Shown piece by piece: positions 53,483 to 64,000 of a stretch of 64,000 nucleotides of DNA. Below the pieces are notes generated by a model. The model saw only the letters and a program-made list of their open reading frames with translations, made no database searches and was not told where the DNA came from. The stretch comes from Octopus sinensis (lineage: Eukaryota): contig NC_043004.1 of the NCBI RefSeq assembly GCF_006345805.1, forward strand, positions 15,438,001 through 15,502,000, in the 5' to 3' direction. A program made the translations under genes and the position numbers. Within the stretch, counting starts at the first letter, position 1. The number at the start of each line of letters is the position of its first letter.

Positions 53483-53762
53483 TAATCTTAGCATTTGATT
53501 TTCGATGTCCTTACCCCCAAACTTTTGTGAGTTGAATTAAGCAAACACTATATATGAGAGAGATTTTCTTTAAGTATTAAAATAGCTTTAAAAAAGTTTT
53601 TTTTGGCTGCTATTTCTAATGAGTTCAGTATGCGGCAAAGTAATTTATTTTACTAAGCCCTTTTATATAATGTAATAATTTGAATTCGCCTTGAATGGTC
53701 CCTTGCATACTGAACACTTGGTGAAATTGATTAATAATTAATTAATTTTGCCCTCAATTGTT

Positions 53763-53829
<67 letters not shown>

Positions 53830-53860
53830 GTGTGTGTGTGTATAAATTATTATTATTATT

Positions 53861-54950
53861 GATTGAGAGAGCGGTGTATGCCATCAAACTGACACTGGGG
53901 TAAAATATACGAAGTTCAGTATACCCATCATAACTACCCGTCTGATATTGGTACACTAGGCACATGCACAACCATATGTGCGCAACATGGTGATTTCATA
54001 TCAAGTTAAATAGCACATGACTCTGCTATTTTCTTCTTGTCAAGTAACCCATCCCGCTCAAAAGGGCCTTGAATAAGGCTTATTTAAGGATGTTGAACGA
54101 AACAACCATATTTCCAGAGGTGATTTATTCAAACCCCAAAGAATTCCTCTGAACACATGTTTATGATGCTCCCCCACTACTTCTGCCCGTGATCAGAGAT
54201 GCACATATTGTCTGCCACTAAGGGAATGGTCAACCGGTTAAGGTCAAGCAACTGACAAGCAAATCTGTGGTATTGAGCAGAATAGTTGCAGTAGCCCATC
54301 TTTTATACCATGACAAAACAATGTACATGATAACACTTCCGATCAGTTAAGATCAGAAGCCATGAGAGCCACTGTCTGGTACTGCATCAGGGCGTTATTA
54401 TTATTATTGAGTGAGAGAGCAGTTCATGCCACTGGGGTAAAATATACGAAGCCCAATATACCCATCATGACTACCCGTCTGATAAAGCTACACCAGGCAC
54501 ATGCATCACAACCATATGTGCGCGACATGGTGATCTCATATCAAGATAAACAGCACATGACCTTGCAGGTGGGGCCCAGTTAGAATTTTCTTCAGGTTGA
54601 GTAGCCCATCCCGCTCAAACGGTCCCTGAATAAGGGTGTTTAAGGATGTTGAAAGAACCACCCGTGTTTCCAGAGGTGAACTATTCAAACCCCAAATAAT
54701 CCCTCTCAACACATGGCTATGATGCTCCTCCACTACTTCTGCTCGTGATCAGAGATGCACATATCGTCAGCCACTAAGGGACATGCTCAACTGGTTAAGG
54801 TCAAACAACTGACAAGCAAATCTGTGGTATTGAGCAGAATATTTGCTGTAGCCCATCTTTTATACCAAGACAAAACAATGTACATGATAACACTTCCAAT
54901 CAGTTAAGATCAGAAGCCATGAGAGCCATTGCCTGGTACTGCATCAGGGC
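53861..54950 (-). mobile_element. Head-to-tail pair of the ~550-bp (AAT)n-embedded element (53861-54393 and 54409-54950)
   Basis: Two homologous copies separated and flanked by (ATT)n. Confidence 0.85.
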
Positions 54951-54993
54951 ATTATTATTATTATTATTATCATTATTATTATTATCATTATTA

Positions 54994-55051
<58 letters not shown>

Positions 55052-55123
55052 TACTATTTTTATTATTACTATTATTATTATTATTATTATTATTACTTTT
55101 ATTATTATTATTACTATTATTAC

Positions 55124-55186
<63 letters not shown>

Positions 55187-55187
55187 C
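54951..55187. repeat. (ATT)n microsatellite
   Basis: Direct inspection. Confidence 0.95.
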
Positions 55188-58100
55188 TGGTTGTTGTTGG
55201 GATTGTATGTCTAGTGCCAGGTCACATATCAAATAAACTAAACATTTATTTAAAGCACTGCCTCAACTGGTTTGTAAAAAGAAAAACGTAACTGATTTCG
55301 GTCGCCTTACCCCAAGAAAACTGATAGATTTAGTCATCACAATAATATTTGGACATATTCAGCAAACATTTAGTCCGACATCGAAGGATTGTGTCTGAAA
55401 TATAAATTATGCTGTTGTTTCCTTACATTCTAATTTCTACTATATGGAGAAATACAATCGGAGAAATCGATACTATTAATAGTCTGGGCAACAATGAGTG
55501 TTAATATTTTCGAATCATTTATTAAGATGTAGGTGTAGTTAGCTTATCATGTACACGCCTAGATTCTTTTCACCGTGAATGTTAGCGCAAATCTCAACAT
55601 CTTAATAGAATTCGCAGGGCTTTCAAGTAACATCCAATAAGCATTCCTTCAAAGACAAAATGAAAATAGAAATATCTCGAACGACAATATTTTCTAATAG
55701 TACCTTACTTGTTAAATGACGAAGGCATTTCATTTTCATATACACCTTTATTTAGCACACTGCTTTGAAAACATAGAACTACAATATTTATAAACAGTAT
55801 TATTTCATGATATTTCAAGGAGTAATTTTATGAAATGTTCATTCACTGTAGTATTGTGTAACAAGAAAATGCACAAGAAGGATTACAAATCTCTCATTTT
55901 ATATCTAAAATAGCATTACACTGCGCATTCAAAGATTTAAAACGTGTGCAGCTAACTCTAGAAAAATCTCTGGATACTGTAAAGATCAATAGATTTTAAA
56001 ATATATTTCAATATATTTCTATATATACCATTTCTATATTTAGGCTTGATTTAGATATTATTAAGCAGGAAAAATGTATCTTGTAACTATTACCTGGTGG
56101 GATACGAGAGTTTGAATAAATGGTTGGTCGAAATTAATGTATCAACATGAAATTCCACATAAAATTTGTTCGCAGTATTAAAGCCTGAAATAAAATATGC
56201 ATAAGGTTACAAAGAGACGATATGTACTGCTAATCAAAAAAATCCGGCATATTATAAGAGGAAGCTTCTTACATTGAGCGTCAGTTGTGTCATAAAATAA
56301 CTACCAGCCGTGAAATATTACCCCCGAAATCAATTTTTTTAATCGGCTTTCACCTCTTTCCTATGCCAAAATTATCAGAGAATAGAAGTTTCCAGCGTTA
56401 AACATAATGAATCAGCCAAAATTTTCAGTGAGGTAGATTAAGTTATTTTGTTTTAAATTCTGACAATTCCAACAAAATATACGCCTTTAATTAGCGAAGA
56501 TAATATGTCCCTAAACATTTACTTTTCATTAAATTGTATTTATGTGTGAGAGATTATAGGTAAATCGCTTAACTGGCTCTCACTTTCTATCTACATTTAG
56601 ATAGAGTGAATATTTATCATTTTTACCTTTTAAAAGATATAAATTCGTAACGCAATTGTTTGTTGCTCAGAGACATAATCAGTACGCTGGAGAGATGACA
56701 TTATTTTTCTGTTTAGAAAGTCGGTTTGGCTGAATCTATTGCATATTTACGCTAAAGATAGATTTTAAAGCGCCTTAAAGTTTACATTTAAATATATATG
56801 TGTATGAGGCATCGTCAAAAATTATATCACATCCAATAATACGCGAGAATATAATATATATTTGGCCGTCTAATATATTAATATATCTATCGCCAATAAA
56901 ATACGATGAACTAAATTTGTTATTCAATTTCATAATTTAACCGTAGAGCAAAATGCATCAGCATTACTTTCATTATTATACCTCGTAAGAATAAGCACTA
57001 CACCGATATTCATTGCGATATAGGACAATTTATCTCGAGAATAAAGTGCCTAATGTATAACCTTCTCCGTGCCCTAAATTTACACATCGATAGGTTCAAA
57101 TGCAGATGCGTTTCAGGAAGGGCTTCTGCCAAATTTAAGGTAGTCTTCAACTAGACAGCCAGTTATGTAAGCATACTGATATGTCTATATCTAAATATGT
57201 AAATATCTCGAAGCAAACTAAATATTTTTCTATATGAAATAGAATTTATTTCGTCATTTGACGACAAATGGCATGATATATTACTTACGTTAAATGCAGT
57301 GACACAATATTATTTACGTGCTTTGACGATGACATACAGAGTTAAAGAACAAAAGAACTACCAATCAATCATAAATATAATAAACATATGTTTATGAATT
57401 TAACGTTGCTGTTTGAAAATGCCCACAAGCTAACAAATATATAGTTGATAATCAAGGATAATGACAGGAATACAGGAGTATTTAAACGATATTCCTTATA
57501 TAATTCAGCATAATCTAAGTGGCAAGCAAATATTTAGGAACGATCTTAACATTAACGTTTCAAGATCATACGCAAACATCTTTTTATATCACATCACATA
57601 GATTTACAGCGTATGCGCACGTTATGTACCATTCCTCCAAAATATTCTTAAGGTTCTAAATTATTTATTGAAACATTACAGCACGAGGTTATATTTTGTA
57701 AAAGTACACATCTCATGAGACCTAAACATGTGACCTGCACGTTCCATAAACGTATAGACCATAAGATATTAATTCATATTTCGATACAATACTACTTATT
57801 AACGCTATCGCATTTGGTGATTTTCAATTTATTCGTGAAAGAACAAAATATATTATTCATTTACACTATTTACACTAAAAAATTATCAAGCGTAAACGTA
57901 TTAATAACAATCGCACGACAGATGTTAATTTTCTGAAAGGAAACAAAAGGTAAAAGTCTGCTGGTGGTTTACGTGCACAGGATATGTGAAAATTTAATCA
58001 AACATTTCATCTGTGTTATGATGTGTAAAAAAACATGGAAAGAAATCCATTATATAACTTACAACAGGCAAAATTAATACAGTTATTCAGATGTTGATTA

Positions 58101-58421
58101 AGCATTGTGATAAAAATAACCTTGTGTGTGGTGATACTTCCGGATTTATAAATGTGTTAAAAAGGGTAATAACTGAAAAATATATCGTATGAATATCACT
58201 GGTTATTCAAGTTGCCTAAAATAGACTCCGATGTTACATCAACTGACACACTGTGATCTTCAAGTTAGTAAAGACAGGTATGGTATTCCTTAATACAACA
58301 GGAAGAGCGAGTTAGTATCGAGAACAAAATACAAGTAAAAATATACAACAGCACTGATAACATATCAGGACATTCTGCTACTCAGTCAGACACGCATCCA
58401 TCAGAAAAAAAATAATAAATG

Positions 58422-58932
58422 CCGTAAATCCTAGAGAATAGTCCGCCCATGAATATAATAGTAGGGGATTTTTAGGGGGCTGTACCTCTGAAAAACCTAA
58501 ACCTTGTGTATAATATGCACCCCTTCTCTAACTTGAGTCAAGGAGGTCTATATAACGTCCTTGTCTTGTAAAAATGTATACGGTAACGTCCTATATTATT
58601 ATTATATATATAACATAATACAAACGTGTAGCATTTCTGTGCATTTTGATTGCAGAAAATAAAGAAATAACAGTAATAACATTTAATAAATATTGCTTAC
58701 AGCAAGTTATGGATGATCAGTTTATGACTTCATTGCGTACAGGCTTAGCTTAAGGTATTTTCGCACCCGACATCACAAAATGCATCTGAATAAATTTAGC
58801 TAGACAGCAAATAGAGACTCGGACATTGCCTAGAAAATAATTTTCATTTTTAACCTCGTATATAGTACGCACTAGGGATTTTGACCTTTAAATTTGGGGG
58901 TAAAAAATGCAGTTATACTCGAGGATTTACAG
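58422..58932. mobile_element. Tc1/mariner-pogo-type MITE
   Basis: Left end CCGTAAATCCTAGAGAATAG and right end TTATACTCGAGGATTTACAG|TA are imperfect TIRs. Confidence 0.6.
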
Positions 58933-59364
58933 TATATAATATTTATAGCAAAGGAGCAGTCCTTTATTTGTGTCTTCAAACGCTACAAAAGTATGTTCTG
59001 AAAGAAAAAGCTATTACCACACCCATTAAACCTATATAACATACTTTTCGATCCTTTCTATATTTTACCTGGTACATCAGGTTAGCCTTATATGCTGCTA
59101 ACCAGTTATTCCCCAAATTCCTCCTAAAATGCAAAACACTAAAATTATTTGATGGGTGTTGTTAAACCTGAGACGCTGAGCAACGGAAATTGAATTCAAA
59201 TATAACCAAAATTATGAAGAATTGTACAGAAAAGGAATATCGACCTTCATCAGCTGAAACTTCATGAAGAAGAATCATATATATGTATGTATATATGTGT
59301 GCATGCGTGTGTGCGTGCTTGTGAACGTGTGCATGTGTATGCATGTGTGTATACGTATTCATGC

Positions 59365-59398
<34 letters not shown>

Positions 59399-59899
59399 TA
59401 TATTTATATATATATGGGTGTGTATATATATATGTATATATAGTCGAGAATTTACGATCAACACAAACTGTTCATGATAATTCATAAGACGTAAGCAACA
59501 CAACGATATCCATGTATCGGAGTAAACGGACAATTCGCAAACATATTTTTAAACGCATATACATAAAGAAAAACAGATCGAGTATATGGCATATAAAGGA
59601 TTTCATATCTTTTGTCTGAGCCTCAAAATATAAATATTTGCTTGTACATAGATGCTATATGTGTGTATATATCTATCTATCTATATATACACGCATATAT
59701 CATCTATAATGTATATGTGTGTGTGCGTATATATATATATATATATAATATACTTGTGTATATACGCGAAATTCAAATATACGCTCCTACACAAACACGC
59801 GCACACATCTATGCAGCATGCATACATAATGCATAGTGCAAATATTTGATAGTGTGTATACTTCGAAAAAAGCCATTTGATATTTTGTCACCGATTGGA

Positions 59900-60023
59900 T
59901 GCAAACGAAAATCGATATATATATAATATATATATATATATACATATATACATATATATATATACATATTTATATTTATATATATATATATATACATATA
60001 TATATACATATACATATATTTAC

Positions 60024-60054
<31 letters not shown>

Positions 60055-60284
60055 CATATATATATATACACATATATATATACATATATATATATTTATA
60101 TATATTATATCTACACACATACACACGCATATATATAAAATGCATACGTATATGTATATGGATGTGTACGTATGCATGGATTCTTTGAAGCTAAGGTCAC
60201 TATGCCACTTCTCTAAATGAATAAACTTTACTACACACCCACAGACATACACACACATACACAAACACATACATATATGTAACG

Positions 60285-60347
<63 letters not shown>

Positions 60348-60370
60348 ATATATATATATATCAGTGTATG
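59900..60370. repeat. Compound (TA)n/(TACA)n microsatellite region
   Basis: Direct inspection. Confidence 0.9.
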
Positions 60371-61709
60371 TCTACGTGCATGCGTATATAAGTACATATG
60401 AACGTACTATATTCATGTATGTGAATGCCTTTGTAGATGTATGTCCGTATGTATATGCATTTCCTTGTGTATATTTAAATTTTTTTTATATACCTACATG
60501 CGCCTATAAAATCATTTTCTCCACTGAACAATCAATAGCTCTTCGATTTTCTAACTTACTGCAATCTCACAAAGTAGAGTTTGTAGAGAATGGAATATAC
60601 ATTATAGAAGCAGTTACCTTTGATCGACACCGGTTACATGTTTTCTTTTCTTTCATTGTTATTTATTATTTCATTTGCTCCGTGTCTGTTTTTCTCTCTG
60701 TGTAATAATCTGCCATTTCGCGCCAATACTTCTAACGGAATTCGAAGCAATCAAATCCACCTCTTATGTATAGCTTTTATTTATTTGCTTTAATTTTTAA
60801 TTTTATTTTTTTATTTATTTTCGGTGCCCATATTCTAATCCAAACTACAATTTCTAATATTCTGCAAATATATGTGTTCAACGTACAGAAATAATATATG
60901 ATGCAGTACGTAGAATGAATATGATATGACAGAAAATGAAATAAATTTTTTTTCAAAGAGCAATACTCAATATGGATACGAAATTGTAAGTGTTCAGAGG
61001 TCTAATATTGAAATCTTCAGAATTGGATTGGAGAGGGTATCATTATGACATACGTAAAAAATAAATGTACGAATATCAAAACTGGTATAAAATTTCTGTT
61101 GCCGTAATAAAACAGTTGGCGGTGATAGTAGTGTTCCAGATGTTTGTAAGTTAGTAAAGGCGTGTTCGTTGAAATAACAGGAAACTCATCAGAGAAAAGA
61201 AAGAAAAAAGGGTGGGAGCTATTAAATGTGAATGAGTGAAATATTAACATGAACATCATTACCGACACCAACCAATATTTCAGTGACGAATGATTACATA
61301 AATGACATGTTCACCACAAAGATCAACAATAACAACATCGACATAATAAAAACCGATACTACCCTAAGTACCAGCACCAACACCACCCCAAAGAGTGGTG
61401 ATAACGTAATCAATATAAAAATGGGAAACGTCCACACGTTACTACCAATATATAATTCATCATAGATTACAGGAAAGAAAACAAAAAAATGCAACAGAAT
61501 ATTTAAAACAGTCTATTGTATGTTCAAGGTTAGGTGGCATTGTTTGACAGTGAGAGGATAATTAAGTACCAATAGATTACAAATAAAGAAATAACTGAGA
61601 TATTTCGAGAATTGCAGAATATTGTCATCTGAATGAATATATTCAATGTATTAATGTCAAAAACAGCCACATATACACGCATAGATGGGGATGCGCATAT
61701 ACATATGCA

Positions 61710-61773
<64 letters not shown>

Positions 61774-61783
61774 AATCAATCAA

Positions 61784-61844
<61 letters not shown>

Positions 61845-62728
61845 TCTTTTACTCTGTTATTCTTTTGCTTGCTTCGGTCAAATTGACTGCGGCAACGGTG
61901 AAGTCCCAATGTATATGTGCATGTATTCCACGCAAGGTTTCTGCTATATTCGTTGCATTGTCCGTGTATTTTTTAATAGTGATTTATAGGTGGTTTTGGA
62001 GCGATGGATCTCGTAATATCAGGGTGTATTTAGATACCCTACTAAATCTCAATTTAATATATAGAGTGTGTGCGTAAGAGATCTGAGGACAGATTTACGT
62101 TTATAAAAGAAAAACAGCTATATAATAACAGATAATAACTTTATTTATCAAATAATGCTATGAGGATAAAAATAAACCTTTTTCATAATGTTATTCACTA
62201 AAGCCAACTTCAACTTCAACACCTCCTTCTATATGAGATATAAATCATCTACATGCTCGAATCAAGTGTTCCTGGTTCATTTTGGACATTACTCTGACAA
62301 TGGCAGCTTTCAAAACATGCTATGCGCGTGTTTATTGACCTCTCTTTCAACAACGCTCCACATGTAATAGTCCAACGGATTGAGATCTGGGGAATTAGGA
62401 TGCCAAATTTTAGGGGTTATATGATCATGTGTGATAGTGCAGAGTCTAATTGAAACACATATGACCTTCCATTGCATACACTGTCTATCCAGGGTTTAAC
62501 AATTATTTCCAGGATGTCAATGTAGGCGGCAGAGTTGACAAAGGCCTTGTGGAAAGAAGGTAGTAGGCATCCCATGTCCTTCATTGCTGAATACCTCTAA
62601 AACCATGACAGTTGCAGGAAAGTTTGTATGCATAACATTTGGAATTTCAGAAGAGTCTGCACATCACCAACTGTGATTTGTTAACTTTTTGAAATCTTCT
62701 ACAAAAACTAACCAAACTCCGTTTTGGT

Positions 62729-64000
62729 TAGTTTTTGGACAATGTTAAACAGGGCAGGGCCTGTTGAGGAAAAGAAATTGTGTCGCAGTGTACCTATATG
62801 TTATGATCCTGTATTGGGCAGGGGATGTATGGCCCGTGGTTCCAGCCTTGGATGAACCTTGAAGCTAATGTACAGCTCGTGGTGGCGCTCGAGATAGCAG
62901 AGTTTCAAGGCTTTGAGGCGGTCCCAGTAATCGATATCACTCATGCACTTAATTCATTTAGTGAATGCCCTCTGGGGTGATTCAATTTTCGACATGTTTT
63001 GCATTGTATGGGGAGACTAGTTTTTGGACAATGTTAAACAGGGCAGGGCCTGTTGAGGAAAAGAAATTGTGTCGCAGTGTACCTATATGTTATGATCCTG
63101 TATTGGGCAGGGGATGTATGGCCCGTGGTTCCAGCCTTGGATGAACCTTGAAGCTAATGTACAGCTCGTGGTGGCGCTCGAGATAGCAGAGTTTCAAGGC
63201 TTTGAGGCGGTCCCAGTAATCGATATCACTCATGCACTTAATTCATTTAGTGAATGCCCTCTGGGTGATTCAATTTTCGACATGTTTTGCATTGTATGGG
63301 GAGACCACAGGGGCAGCTGTATTCGAGGTGTGGCCGTACAAAGGAGGAGAAAATTGGAATGAATGTTCTTAAGATCCATGAACTCATCCTCTGAGCTATA
63401 TCGAACTTATTGTTGATATGGGCACTCTAACTGAGATTGTTATCAACCACTACTTCTAGGTCTCTGATACTATTAGATACTGTGAGGGGTTCCTGAAGGA
63501 AAAGAGTATGGCTGTTTTAGTATTGTCTTTCTTCCAAAATGCATCAGCTCGAATTTTTCCTCGTTTAGTCACATTTTGTGATTGTCTGCTCATCGAATCA
63601 CGGCATTTAGATCAGACTGGAGTTGAGCTCAGTTTTCCTATTTATTGATGATTTGCAGGAGCTTAGTATCGTCAGCAAATATTTTCCCTTTGCAGTGTTC
63701 TACGACACTGGAAATGTCGTTTATGTAGATTATAAATTGGAGCGGGCCCATGACAGTCCGCTGGTGACTTTAGCTGGGCTTGAATAGACTCCTTCGACCA
63801 CAATATATTGTGTTCTGTTTGCCAGGAAATATTCAGTCCAGTGTAGAAGTTTTCCACGGATTCCAACATTTGTCAAATTTGAGAGTAAGATATTATGGTC
63901 AACTCTGTCGAACGCTTTACTGAAGTCAAGATATATGACATCAAAGTTGGAACCTGTTCCCAAGGCTTTAAGTATATCCACAATGTGGTGTAATAGTTGT
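62729..64000 (-). mobile_element. Decayed CR1-type LINE RT and 3' region
   Basis: DVIYLDFSKAFDRVDHNILL...GIRGKLLHW..YFLANRTQYIVVEG; FADDTKLL at about 63675; DLEVVVDNNLS; SWILRTF; YWDRLKALKL. Runs off the window end. Confidence 0.88.

Noticed and set aside
54880-54950. Faint 5S rRNA-like resemblance at the head of the ~550-bp element (minus strand)
   Set aside because: Only short scattered matches and no recognisable C-box.
59225-59262. Minus-strand CTGATGA-AGG..CCT resembling a hammerhead 5' half
   Set aside because: No GAAAC or stem III follows.
61160-61195. Minus-strand CTGATGA-GTT..AAC-GAAC
   Set aside because: GAAA is incomplete, there is no NUH site with stem I, and it is not in a repeat; probably chance.
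61283-61465. Thr/Asn-rich ORF
   Set aside because: Low-complexity CA/AC-rich sequence with stops in flanking codons; no recognised product.

Overview
AT-rich, repeat-dominated eukaryotic DNA with no recognisable intact host gene. Nearly all ORFs in the track are translations of microsatellites or SINEs. The tRNA-derived CORE- and V-type SINEs, dense (TA)n/(CA)n/(ATT)n tracts and decayed LINEs are what I would expect from a coleoid cephalopod (Octopus-like) intergenic or intronic region; that assignment is an inference. Decayed elements present: two L1/Tx1 fragments, two CR1-type RT fragments, a 5'-truncated R4/Dong (REL endonuclease) element inside (TAA)n, a DD37D (maT) Tc1/mariner copy with TIRs, a pogo-like MITE, a probable Academ-like fragment and many SINEs. 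The most notable unexplained structure is a set of sequence-unrelated non-coding repeats at about 2.2-2.7, 2.9, 9.7-10.0, 13.1-13.4, 28.3-29.5 and 50.8-53.8 kb. Each carries a complete, degenerate or half type-I hammerhead ribozyme motif with a palindromic stem III. Most occur as fold-back or tandem arrays (about 530-550 bp units at the 28 and 51-54 kb loci) next to (TA)n tracts, and every inverted locus has the ribozyme-sense strands pointing outward. This looks like a Penelope-pLTR/retrozyme-like system. One member also carries a tRNA-like Pol III head.
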